Shown piece by piece: positions 25,242 to 33,806 of a stretch of DNA of 64,000 nt (positions within the stretch are counted from its first letter, which is position 1; each line of letters opens with the position of its first letter). The position numbers were made by a program, and so were the translations under genes. The stretch covers positions 3,587 to 67,586 of the IMG/VR virus record IMGVR_UViG_3300017560_000002; one strand, 5' to 3'. The notes beneath the pieces were generated by a model. The model saw nothing but the letters and a program-made list of their open reading frames with translations, searched no databases and was not told where the DNA came from. The DNA is from a virus. Lineage: Duplodnaviria > Caudoviricetes.

Positions 25242-25718
25242 ATCCGACATCGGACAGGCGATCACCTGACCACGGCTCAGGGCGGCGTGTCAAGGGCTTC
25301 TCTCGGAAATCCGTTGTGGTCGGAAGCGTACCTGTGGACGGCGCGAGGGAGGAGCTCCGAGGAACCAAGCCGCTTGCTCCACATTGGGTTAACGGTAAGC
25401 GGATGCCGGGACGGTCGGCCCGAGACCGTAACAGAGACGCAAGCGGAGGATGTGGCAGACTGTCGCATCCCGGACGGGGTAGGTCGGATCGGGCTACCAC
25501 TGGAGCCGGCCGTCCCGTCCCGGTGCCGTCGGTCTGTCCCGGTGACGGATCGGGCCTCGAGAAAAGGGTCGGACGTCGTCAATGCCCGTCTGACGGGCTT
25601 CAAGACGCAGCCAACTATCAAGGGCCTTTAAGGGTTGTCCTGCTGTCCATCCGTCCCCGATATGCGTCCATATCCGGGGCGCGGCGGGGGAGAGCGGCGG
25701 GCCGGCGGGACCCTCCCT

Positions 25719-25790
25719 CGCGCGCGCGTTTTTTTCTTTCTTCCTTCCTTCTTCTTCTTCTTCTTCTTCTTCTAAAAAAAGAGGGGACAG
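25719..25790. repeat. (CG)5, then a 45-nt pyrimidine tract with (CTT)8, then an A7/purine tract; candidate origin core
   Basis: Read directly from the sequence; non-coding region next to the primase gene. Confidence 0.6.
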
Positions 25791-26042
25791 ACGGGACGGA
25801 AAGGACAAGGCCCGTCGGACGGGCATCGAGTGCGTCCCGAGGCCGTCCTTATTCACGCCTCCGGGCGGGACAGAACGGGTATCGGAGGTTGTGACGAGTG
25901 CATCCTACTCACACCCGGTAGGTCCGAGGCCGGCGGTCTAGGACCGAAGTCCTAGGAGTGCTTGCGCGTCGGTTAACCCTTGCATCAGGGTGACAGGGCG
26001 TGGTTGTCTGTCGGCTCCCGGATGGCGAGCAGGGGTCGGGGC

Positions 26043-26271
26043 GGAATGTCGGGCGGAATTCAGCGTGTCTATCTAGGAATGCGAGGCTGGGGCAAGCGTA
26101 GGAACCCGAGGGAACTCGGGCGGAACGCAGAGGGAATTTTGCCGGGGGAATTTTTGGGAATCCCGTCGGGAACTCGGGTGGAGTACCTCGATCGGAGTAT
26201 GGCGCGACGCGGGGAGAGCGAGGGGAACTCCCGGAATTCCCTCAATCCACGCAAACCAAAGCGCGCGGAAT
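26043..26271 (+). repeat. GGAA(C/T) repeat cluster upstream of terS; candidate pac/TerS-binding region
   Basis: About 13 copies; a run at 26101, 26111, 26122, 26133, 26147, 26157, 26169. Confidence 0.55.
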
Positions 26272-26308
26272 GCTAAACATGTTGTGTATATCGGGCGGGA
26301 TATAGCGA

Positions 26309-26914
26309 ATGGCGGGCGGCAAACCAGCGGCGCAGGCCAAGGCCAAACGGCGTATAGGTCGGAACGGCAAGCCGGTCAAGAACCAGAGCACTGGCCGAAT
26401 TTTCACCAATCACGGCCAGAAGGAACACATTCCCTACTACAAGCAGACGTTTCTCGCCGCGATCCGCAAGGGTCAGTCAGTCTACGCCGCCGCTGCGGCA
26501 GCCGATATTTCGCGAAATACGGCGTATCACTGGCGCTGGTCCGACCCCGAGTTTGCCGCCGCTTGGGACGAGGCCAAGCAGGATGGCATCGACCTGATGG
26601 TTGACGAGGCGCGACGGCGGGCGGTGGAGGGCGTCGAAGAAGCCGTCTACCATGCGGGCGATGTCGTCGGTCACAAGATCAACTACAGTGACCGCCTGCT
26701 GGAATTCCTGCTTAAGGGAATGCGGCCGGAAGTCTTCAACCCGGCGACCAACCTGTCAATCACCGACCAGTCGTCGACGACCCAGACACGGGAACAGATC
26801 GAGAAGCGTTTGACGTCGCTCGGCCTGCCGCTGGTGGCATTCGACGAGGACGAGCCGGAAGACGTGGTGATCGAGGGCACCGCCGTCGACATCACCAAGG
26901 ACGAGCCGGAATGA
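26309..26914 (+). CDS. terS: Terminase small subunit
   Basis: HTH (AAAADISRNTAYHW), EARRRAVEG, YSDRLLEFLLK; directly upstream of terL. Confidence 0.85.
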   Translation: MAGGKPAAQAKAKRRIGRNGKPVKNQSTGRIFTNHGQKEHIPYYKQTFLAAIRKGQSVYAAAAAADISRNTAYHWRWSDPEFAAAWDEAKQDGIDLMVDEARRRAVEGVEEAVYHAGDVVGHKINYSDRLLEFLLKGMRPEVFNPATNLSITDQSSTTQTREQIEKRLTSLGLPLVAFDEDEPEDVVIEGTAVDITKDEPE

Positions 26915-28389
26915 CGACGGTCAGCCGCGTGATGCAGGTGCCGCGTCGGTTGCTGACGCCCGAAACGCTGGTGATGTACGAGATACTGGCGGCGATCAAG
27001 GCGCGCGAGAGCTTCTGGACTTACCGCCAGTACATGAATCCCGGCATGAAGCTCGGCTGGTGGCAGCGCCGGGTGGCGCGGGAACTGACGCACTTCTACC
27101 ACGACTTCGCTGCCGGCAAAGCGCCGATCATGCTGTTTCAGGCACCGCCGCAGCACGGCAAGTCGTGGACCGTCATCGACTTTATCTGCTGGCTGTCCGG
27201 CCGGCTACCCGACACCAAGACCATCTACGGCTCGTTTTCGGACCGGCTCGGCGTGCGCGCCAACCTGCGGGTGCAGCGATCGCTCAACAGTGAGAAGTAC
27301 CAGCGCGCGTTTCCGGAGACCCAGCTTGCGGCGTCGGCGCTGGGACCGCTGGGCGGGTACGTCCGCAACCAGAGCGTCCTTGAGTTTATGTATCGCGGCT
27401 CGTTTCGCAACACCACCGTGCTCGGATCGGTCACGGGCGAGAGCCTTGATCTGGGCGTGGTCGACGATCCGATTAAAGGCCGCGCCGAAGCCAACAGCCC
27501 GGCGGCTCGAGACAAGGTCTGGGACTGGTTTACTGACGACTTCTTCTCGCGTTTCTCGGAAACTGCCGGCCTGATTATGATGATGACGCGCTGGCACGTC
27601 GACGATCCGGCCGGCCGGCTGATTGCGCATTTCGGCAAGGAGCGCGTCAAGGTCGTGTCGTTCCCGGCGATCGCCACCGAAGACGAGCAGTACCGGGTCA
27701 AAGGCGAGGCGCTGTTCCCGGAATTCAAGTCGAAGGACTTCCTGCTTAAGCGCAAGGTGTTGATGCGGCAGGCTAATTGGGAAGCGGTCTATCAGCAGAG
27801 CCCGATCATTCAGGGCGGCGGAATTTTCCCGATCGAAAAATTCTCCACCGTTAGGAACATTGATCGCAAGCAGATCAAGCGCAGCGTGCGCTACTGGGAC
27901 AAGGCCGGCACCGAGGGCGGCACAGGTGCCCAGACTGCGGGCGTACTGATGCATCTGATGAAGGACGATACCTACGTCGTCGACGACGTGATCACCGGAC
28001 GCTGGTCGGCGCTCAAGCGGGAATCGATCATCAAGCAACGGGCGGAACTCGATCGCGCCGCTTATGGTGCTAATGTCAGCGTGTGGGTCGAGCAGGAGCC
28101 GGGATCGGGCGGCAAGGAGAGCGCCGAAAACACCGTGCGCCAGTTGGCCGGCTTCAAGGCCCGCGCCGACAAGGTGACTGGTAGCAAAGAGACGCGTGCT
28201 GATCCGTATGCAGCCCAAGTCGAGGGCGGCAACGTCAAGCTGCGGGAAGCCGAATGGAACAAGGAATTCATCGATCAGCACGAGCTCTTCCCGAATGGGA
28301 AGCTTAAGGACATAGTCGACGCGGCTGCCGGCGCGTTCGCCAAGCTGATCGTCGGCGGTTATGATTCGTCGATGTCGTGGGTCAGATAA
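26911..28389 (+). CDS. terL: Terminase large subunit
   Basis: Walker A APPQHGKS, Walker B VVDDP, nuclease WD..EQEPG..KDIVDA. Confidence 0.93.
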   Translation: MTTVSRVMQVPRRLLTPETLVMYEILAAIKARESFWTYRQYMNPGMKLGWWQRRVARELTHFYHDFAAGKAPIMLFQAPPQHGKSWTVIDFICWLSGRLPDTKTIYGSFSDRLGVRANLRVQRSLNSEKYQRAFPETQLAASALGPLGGYVRNQSVLEFMYRGSFRNTTVLGSVTGESLDLGVVDDPIKGRAEANSPAARDKVWDWFTDDFFSRFSETAGLIMMMTRWHVDDPAGRLIAHFGKERVKVVSFPAIATEDEQYRVKGEALFPEFKSKDFLLKRKVLMRQANWEAVYQQSPIIQGGGIFPIEKFSTVRNIDRKQIKRSVRYWDKAGTEGGTGAQTAGVLMHLMKDDTYVVDDVITGRWSALKRESIIKQRAELDRAAYGANVSVWVEQEPGSGGKESAENTVRQLAGFKARADKVTGSKETRADPYAAQVEGGNVKLREAEWNKEFIDQHELFPNGKLKDIVDAAAGAFAKLIVGGYDSSMSWVR

Positions 28390-28401
28390 CGGGGGCGTAG
28401 A

Positions 28402-29064
28402 ATGACGAGCAGAACGCAATGGATTTCGGGTACTCGTTTCTGGAAAGACCCGCAAGTCAAACAACGGCTGACCGAATTGTGGCGTAATCCGGACATACCG
28501 GCGTCGGAGATTGCGAAGCTTCTAAGTAAGGAATTCGGCGTCGACATTTCCACCAACTCAGTGATCGGCAAGGTCCATCGGCTCGGCCTGCACGACGAAT
28601 ACCCGCGTCACAACGGCGCGCGCGTCATGCAGATCAGAGGCCGCAACGGAACGGCGATGTCGCCCGCGATGCGTGCCCAGCAGCGAGAGCGCCGGTTGCT
28701 GCAGATCGAGCAGCAACGCGCCGCACGGGCGGCGACTGTAAAGTCGGAGACAGACCAGCATGGTAGGGTCCTCGCCGCCTTCCGGCCCGCCACTGTTCAG
28801 CACGAAATGAAGCGTGGCGACGACGGCAAGCTGATCCCGACGATACCGGAACTTCCGGAAGAGGAACCCGATGCGCCGTTCGTCCTGCTTACTGGCGTCA
28901 GTCGCACGGCCTGCCGCTGGCCGATGCCCGGTGTCGACGACGATGGCGTGTCGCACCTATGTGGTCAGAAGTCGGCTTTCGGTGCGTACTGCGCGCGCCA
29001 TGCCGCGATCGGCTACGTCCGCCCGCCGTCGGCGTCGCGCATGGAACGTTTCTGGTGTGTGTAG
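28402..29064 (+). CDS. gcrA: GcrA-like cell-cycle regulator
   Basis: LTELW..ASEIA..NSVIGKVHRLGL N-terminus; CRWP..LCG..YCARH C-terminus. Confidence 0.85.
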   Translation: MTSRTQWISGTRFWKDPQVKQRLTELWRNPDIPASEIAKLLSKEFGVDISTNSVIGKVHRLGLHDEYPRHNGARVMQIRGRNGTAMSPAMRAQQRERRLLQIEQQRAARAATVKSETDQHGRVLAAFRPATVQHEMKRGDDGKLIPTIPELPEEEPDAPFVLLTGVSRTACRWPMPGVDDDGVSHLCGQKSAFGAYCARHAAIGYVRPPSASRMERFWCV

Positions 29065-29065
29065 C

Positions 29066-29407
29066 ATGGCAAGGCGGAACACTTTCAGATGGACGCCGGA
29101 AGTGTTCGCACGCATCAGGCAGATGCGTGATAACGATCGGCTGGCACCGAATGTGATTGCGGAGCGGCTGGGCGTGTCCGACACCGCACTACATACGGCT
29201 TGGAGCCGATACAGGTCCGGCCGGCTGAAATTCACGCACGTCGCCGCCGACAAGGAACGCACGGTGCGCGAGCAGATGTTCCTGTCGGGCTCCAACCTGT
29301 CGGACATTGCTCGAGCGCGCAACGTTTCGCCGGCAGCCGTCAGTCTGGGATTCACTCGCTCTGGCTTCGATGCGGAAGTCAGGCGTAGCATGAGGAAGAA
29401 GTCATGA
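29066..29407 (+). CDS. Double-HTH DNA-binding protein
   Basis: PNVIAERLGVS and LSDIARARNVSPAAV; ATG 29066. Confidence 0.6.
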   Translation: MARRNTFRWTPEVFARIRQMRDNDRLAPNVIAERLGVSDTALHTAWSRYRSGRLKFTHVAADKERTVREQMFLSGSNLSDIARARNVSPAAVSLGFTRSGFDAEVRRSMRKKS

Positions 29408-31434
29408 CCGAAGCAACCGTTAACGGCATTCCGGTCAACGATGCCGTCAGGGCTAACATCACGAAGGTCCGCGATTCGCTGACCAATCTGATTACTGGTA
29501 TGGGCACGGCACGCGACAAGACCGCCGCCACCCGCTTTAACTTCGTGCCGCTCGACATTGCCCAGCAGGAAGCCGCTTATCGCGGCGACTGGATCGCGCG
29601 TAAAGTTGTTGACATTCCGGCCTACGACGCCACCCGCGAAGGCCGCAACTGGCAGGCCGATCGTGCCGACATCACGGCGTTGGAGACTGCCGAAAAGAAT
29701 CTGAACTTGATGAACAAGCTCCAGACCGCGATGATCAAGGCGCGGCTGTACGGCGGTGGCGCGCTGGTGATGGGCGTCGACGGCACGGGCGACAACAGCA
29801 CGCCGCTTGATCTTAACATGGTCAAGAAGGATTCGTTGCGATTCGTGCACGCGATCAGTCGGAACGAGATTGCGTCCGGCCCGATTGAGCGCGATCTCGG
29901 CAGTCCGTGGTATGGCGAACCGCAATACTACGATCGCACAGCGGCCAACACGTCATCGATGCGTATTCACCCGTCGCGCGTGGTGCGGCTGGTCGGAATG
30001 CCGCTGCCTGATCCTGATCGAAGTGGCGTCGGCGACGGCTGGGGCGACAGTATGCTGCAGATCGTGCATGACGCCATCGTCGGCGCGGGCCTCGTCATCA
30101 GTTCGGTCGCGTCGTTGGTGCAGGAGAACAAGCTCGACGTGATCAGCGTTCCGGACCTAACCGCCAGTCTGTCCGACCCGGACTACTCCAACCGTCTGCT
30201 CGAGCGCTTCGCTCTTGCTGGCGTCGCCAAGTCGCTGCACAACATGATCCTGCTCGACAAGGACGAGGAATGGGAACGCATCAACGCGCAGTTTACGGGG
30301 ATGCCCGATCTGCTGCGCATGTACCTGCTTATCGCGTCCGGTGCTGCCGACATTCCGGCCACCCGCATGCTGGGCCAGTCGCCGACTGGTCTGTCAGCTA
30401 CCGGCGAAAGCGACATCCGCAATTACTATGACCGCGTGTCGACGGAGCAAAAGACGACGATCGCCCCGGCGCTCAGCCGCATTGATGAAGTGATGATACG
30501 GTCGGTGCTCGGCACCCGGCCCGCCGACATCTTCTTCGAGTGGAATTCGCTCTGGCAGCTGACGGAAAAGGAAAAGACCGAGATCGCCAAGTCGAAGTCC
30601 GACGTGTTTAAGGTTGACGTCGATACCGGCCTGATCGAGCCCGAAATTCTGCGGGAAGCTCGCATCAACCAACTGATCGAGGACGGCACCTATCCCGGAC
30701 TGGAATCGATCTTGGAAGACTTCGAAGCGCAGCAGGAAGCCGGGCTGCTGGGTGAAGCTGATCTCGCACCCGATCCGACCGACGAGCCTATTAACACTGG
30801 CGTCGATATCGGCAACGAAATGCCGCTGGCTGATGCCGCCCGCATTCTGCAGCGCCGACATAAGCGCTTCGGGAATTCGTTTAAGGACGAACACGGGGCG
30901 CTGCACCGCCGGGTTAGCAGGCTGATCGCCGACGCCCGGCCGCGCACGCTCTACATGCGGCGCGACGTCGTCAACGCTGATGAAATCCGCGCATGGGCAA
31001 AGTCAGTTGGCTTCGAGACGGTACAAACCGACCTGCACGTCACGGTCGCCTATTCACATACGCCGGTCGACTGGTTTAAGATCGGCGAAGACTGGACCGT
31101 CGGACCGAATGAAGAGGACAGGCTCGTCGTTAAAGGCGGGCCACGCGCGATCGAGGAATTCAACAAGGGCGCGATCGTGCTGCAGTTCGCCTCCACCAAG
31201 CTCGGGTGGCGGCACGAGAGCATCCGGGAGCGCGGCGCGTCGTGGGACTTCCCGGAGTACAACCCGCACATTACGCTGACGTGGAACAAACCGCAGGGCC
31301 TCGACATCGCCGCAATTAAGCCCTACAACGGACAGATCGTGCTCGGACCGGAAATTTTCGAGGAAATTAAGACCGACTGGGTCAGGCACGAGGACGCCAA
31401 GGCCGGCCGGGGCGACATTCCGTTCTGGTGGTAA
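29404..31434 (+). CDS. Portal protein (DUF1073 type) with a C-terminal Acb1-like 2H phosphoesterase domain
   Basis: WIARKVVDIPAYDATRE, ARLYGG, GLSATGESDIRNYYD portal motifs; C-terminal LHVTVAYS and PHITL (two HxT motifs). Confidence 0.88.
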   Translation: MTEATVNGIPVNDAVRANITKVRDSLTNLITGMGTARDKTAATRFNFVPLDIAQQEAAYRGDWIARKVVDIPAYDATREGRNWQADRADITALETAEKNLNLMNKLQTAMIKARLYGGGALVMGVDGTGDNSTPLDLNMVKKDSLRFVHAISRNEIASGPIERDLGSPWYGEPQYYDRTAANTSSMRIHPSRVVRLVGMPLPDPDRSGVGDGWGDSMLQIVHDAIVGAGLVISSVASLVQENKLDVISVPDLTASLSDPDYSNRLLERFALAGVAKSLHNMILLDKDEEWERINAQFTGMPDLLRMYLLIASGAADIPATRMLGQSPTGLSATGESDIRNYYDRVSTEQKTTIAPALSRIDEVMIRSVLGTRPADIFFEWNSLWQLTEKEKTEIAKSKSDVFKVDVDTGLIEPEILREARINQLIEDGTYPGLESILEDFEAQQEAGLLGEADLAPDPTDEPINTGVDIGNEMPLADAARILQRRHKRFGNSFKDEHGALHRRVSRLIADARPRTLYMRRDVVNADEIRAWAKSVGFETVQTDLHVTVAYSHTPVDWFKIGEDWTVGPNEEDRLVVKGGPRAIEEFNKGAIVLQFASTKLGWRHESIRERGASWDFPEYNPHITLTWNKPQGLDIAAIKPYNGQIVLGPEIFEEIKTDWVRHEDAKAGRGDIPFWW

Positions 31435-32489
31435 GGACCACGCCGATGCTAGCGCGCCTCCGCCATCCGTCAGCTGCTCCGGCCTACGCTTGTCTATGCG
31501 ACGCGCGCTCCAAGCCGTCGCGTGACCCGACCGGCACGTTTGACTTGAGGCGTCGATACCGAACCTTGCTGGCGACGCGCTGGCACAAGCTGGTCGCCCG
31601 ATTCAAGACGGTGGTCGTAGCGCAGGACATCTTTGGCATCGCGCCGACGCCAACCGCGTCGTCGATCGCCGCCACCCTTGCTCCCGGTGGTCGCGTCAAG
31701 TCATTTCAGACGATTGCCGATGGGCTGTTACGTGACGCGCTGCTTGGGCGGGACGACGGCGAGTGGCTCGAGCCGATGACCCAGCAGGCGTATAATCGCG
31801 GCGTCAAGCGAGCGCTGCGGATGGTTGCGCCCGGCCTGCGGGTCGAGAATCGCGACGTCGTCGAGGCCGGCGAAGTGTTGCAGGCGCTGGTGGTGGTCGA
31901 GATCGAAGGCATAATGGAAGCGGTGTCGCAGCGGCTGGTGCGCATCGCGTCCTACGCCGTGATCGACGGCGGCGATCCTAACGCCGTGATGCGCGACATC
32001 GCCGACGCAATCAACAAGATCGGCGTCCAGCGCACCAACGCCATGGTGGAATTCATGGTCGTCAAGGCGCACGCCACCGGGACGCTCGACGTGTTCGAGC
32101 TCGCCGGCATCCGCGCTGTCGGCCTCGTACCCGAAACTGTACCGGCGACGACACGTACGATTGGCGACGCGGCGGCGCGTGGTCCGCGTGCCCGTGGTCG
32201 CACCGGTCCGGGCTCCCGCGCCAGTCGCAAATCAACGCCGTCGGCTTCTACCATCTACCGCATTCGCAAGGCTCAGGAAGAGCTTGAGAAGATGGAGGAA
32301 GTCGACATCCTGACTGCGGGCGACGCCGACGTTTGCGAGGAATGCGAAGGAATTGCGGAGGAAGGCCCATATCCGATCGACACGGCGCGCTCGCTGATAC
32401 CGGCGCACCCGTATTGTCGTTGCGCCTATGTGCCTACCGATGACGCCCGTTTCGCGGAAATCGAGACCGACGAAACGGAATGGTTTTAA
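31428..32489 (+). CDS. Head morphogenesis protein (SPP1 gp7/Mu gpF-like)
   Basis: DPTGT N-terminus; D.DVCEEC...IPAHPYCRC. Confidence 0.85.
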   Translation: MVRTTPMLARLRHPSAAPAYACLCDARSKPSRDPTGTFDLRRRYRTLLATRWHKLVARFKTVVVAQDIFGIAPTPTASSIAATLAPGGRVKSFQTIADGLLRDALLGRDDGEWLEPMTQQAYNRGVKRALRMVAPGLRVENRDVVEAGEVLQALVVVEIEGIMEAVSQRLVRIASYAVIDGGDPNAVMRDIADAINKIGVQRTNAMVEFMVVKAHATGTLDVFELAGIRAVGLVPETVPATTRTIGDAAARGPRARGRTGPGSRASRKSTPSASTIYRIRKAQEELEKMEEVDILTAGDADVCEECEGIAEEGPYPIDTARSLIPAHPYCRCAYVPTDDARFAEIETDETEWF

Positions 32490-32501
32490 TGGAGGGCTGG
32501 A

Positions 32502-33404
32502 ATGAACATGCGTAAAGTTGCCGTCATCGGCACCGGTTACGTCGGAACCGGAATGGTTTCGATGTTCCAACACGGCTTCGATGTCCGGACCTACGACACC
32601 AAGTACACAAACGCAGACCGGGCCAACGTGCAGGGCTGCGATCTCGCCGTGATCTGCGTACCGACGCCGATGGGACCGGATGGCGGAGCCGACATTACCG
32701 CCGTACTCGACGTGGCGTCGTGGATTGACGCGCCGCTGGTCGTGGTCAAGTCGACGGTGCCGCCCGGCACGACCGATGGCCTCAACCGCATCTACGGCGA
32801 TGGCCGCTTTCATTTCAGCCCGGAATACATGGGCGAACCACGCAACTACATGTCGGGCCACAAGTACCCTGACCCGCGCGAGCCGCGAACCCATGACTTC
32901 GTGATCGTCGGCGGGCCACGCGCGTCGGAAGTGCTCGACTTCTTTCTCGCAGTGATGGCGATCGACGCCCGTTATGTCGGCACCACGTCGATCGCGGCGG
33001 AACTCGCGAAGTACATGGAAAACACATACTTCGCCACCAAGGTCACGTTCTGCAACGAATGGGCGCGGATCGCCAAGAATTTCGGCGTCGATTACAAGCA
33101 TCTGCGGGAATTGTGGCTGCTCGATCCGCGAATGGAGGCCGACCACACGGCCGTATTCAGTCATTCGCCGGGCTTCGGCGGCAAGTGCCTGCCGAAAGAC
33201 CTTGCCGCGATTATCTACTCGAGCGCGGCGGCGGGCTTCTATCCGGAGCTCCTGATGGCGGTGCAGGAAGTCAACGACAACATGCGCAATCAGCCGGTGT
33301 CGCCGGTTCCGACGCCCGTGCAGCTGTCGAAGCCGACGTTTGACGCGCCGCCGGCCGTGGTCGAGCAGTACGGCACGAGCCTGCTGGAGAAACTGGGGCG
33401 ATGA
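32502..33404 (+). CDS. UDP-glucose/GDP-mannose dehydrogenase family protein, apparently lacking the C-terminal domain
   Basis: IGTGYVG, ICVPTP, KSTVPPGTT, SPEY, AELAKY.EN, GFGGKCLPKD. Confidence 0.88.
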   Translation: MNMRKVAVIGTGYVGTGMVSMFQHGFDVRTYDTKYTNADRANVQGCDLAVICVPTPMGPDGGADITAVLDVASWIDAPLVVVKSTVPPGTTDGLNRIYGDGRFHFSPEYMGEPRNYMSGHKYPDPREPRTHDFVIVGGPRASEVLDFFLAVMAIDARYVGTTSIAAELAKYMENTYFATKVTFCNEWARIAKNFGVDYKHLRELWLLDPRMEADHTAVFSHSPGFGGKCLPKDLAAIIYSSAAAGFYPELLMAVQEVNDNMRNQPVSPVPTPVQLSKPTFDAPPAVVEQYGTSLLEKLGR

Positions 33405-33562
33405 ATAAACCAGCGGATGTCGAAGGTGGCGGCGGTTGTCTCGTCTTTATTGGCGTCGCCATCGTTTGCGCCGGCCTTGCGTCGTGGATCGGCTGGGGCA
33501 CGGCAATGACCGTCTTCGGCGTATTTGTCGTGCTGCTCGGCCTGATCGCTATATTTGGCTAG
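33401..33562 (+). CDS. 53-aa two-TM membrane protein (not in the ORF track)
   Basis: MNKPADVEGGGGCLVFIGVAIVCAGLASWIGWGTAMTVFGVFVVLLGLIAIFG; ATG overlaps the upstream stop. Confidence 0.6.
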   Translation: MNKPADVEGGGGCLVFIGVAIVCAGLASWIGWGTAMTVFGVFVVLLGLIAIFG

Positions 33563-33587
33563 CGAGGGGAAATCAAGGAGACGACGC

Positions 33588-33764
33588 ATGTATCTGATCG
33601 TTATGTCCGTGGTCCTGTCCGTGCTGGCGGCGCTGATCGACCACTTTTTCGGCATCGGCGAGCCGTGGCGCAAGATGATTTACGCCGGTATCGTGATCGT
33701 CTTCGTTCTCGGCGTCGTATTGTTGCTGCTCCGGTTGGGTGGCATCGCAACTCCGGCTTGGTAG
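33588..33764 (+). CDS. 58-aa two-TM membrane protein
   Basis: AAGGAG RBS; two hydrophobic helices. Confidence 0.7.
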   Translation: MYLIVMSVVLSVLAALIDHFFGIGEPWRKMIYAGIVIVFVLGVVLLLLRLGGIATPAW

Positions 33765-33806
33765 CCGACATCAACAAATCCGCGTAGCCTTGAGGAGGGC
33801 AAGATC

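Noticed and set aside
25316-25894. ORFs across the origin-like region, including the poly-Glu/poly-Leu readings of (CTT)n
   Set aside because: Low-complexity translations without RBS or motifs; the region is better explained as non-coding
25388-25977. Isolated GTTAAC half-sites at about 25388 and 25972
   Set aside because: No partner TTAA at 7-bp spacing, so they were not counted as CtrA boxes
1413-28389. Inteins or introns in the polymerase, primase or terminase genes
   Set aside because: Sizes are ordinary, motifs are contiguous, and no splicing or homing endonuclease motifs were seen
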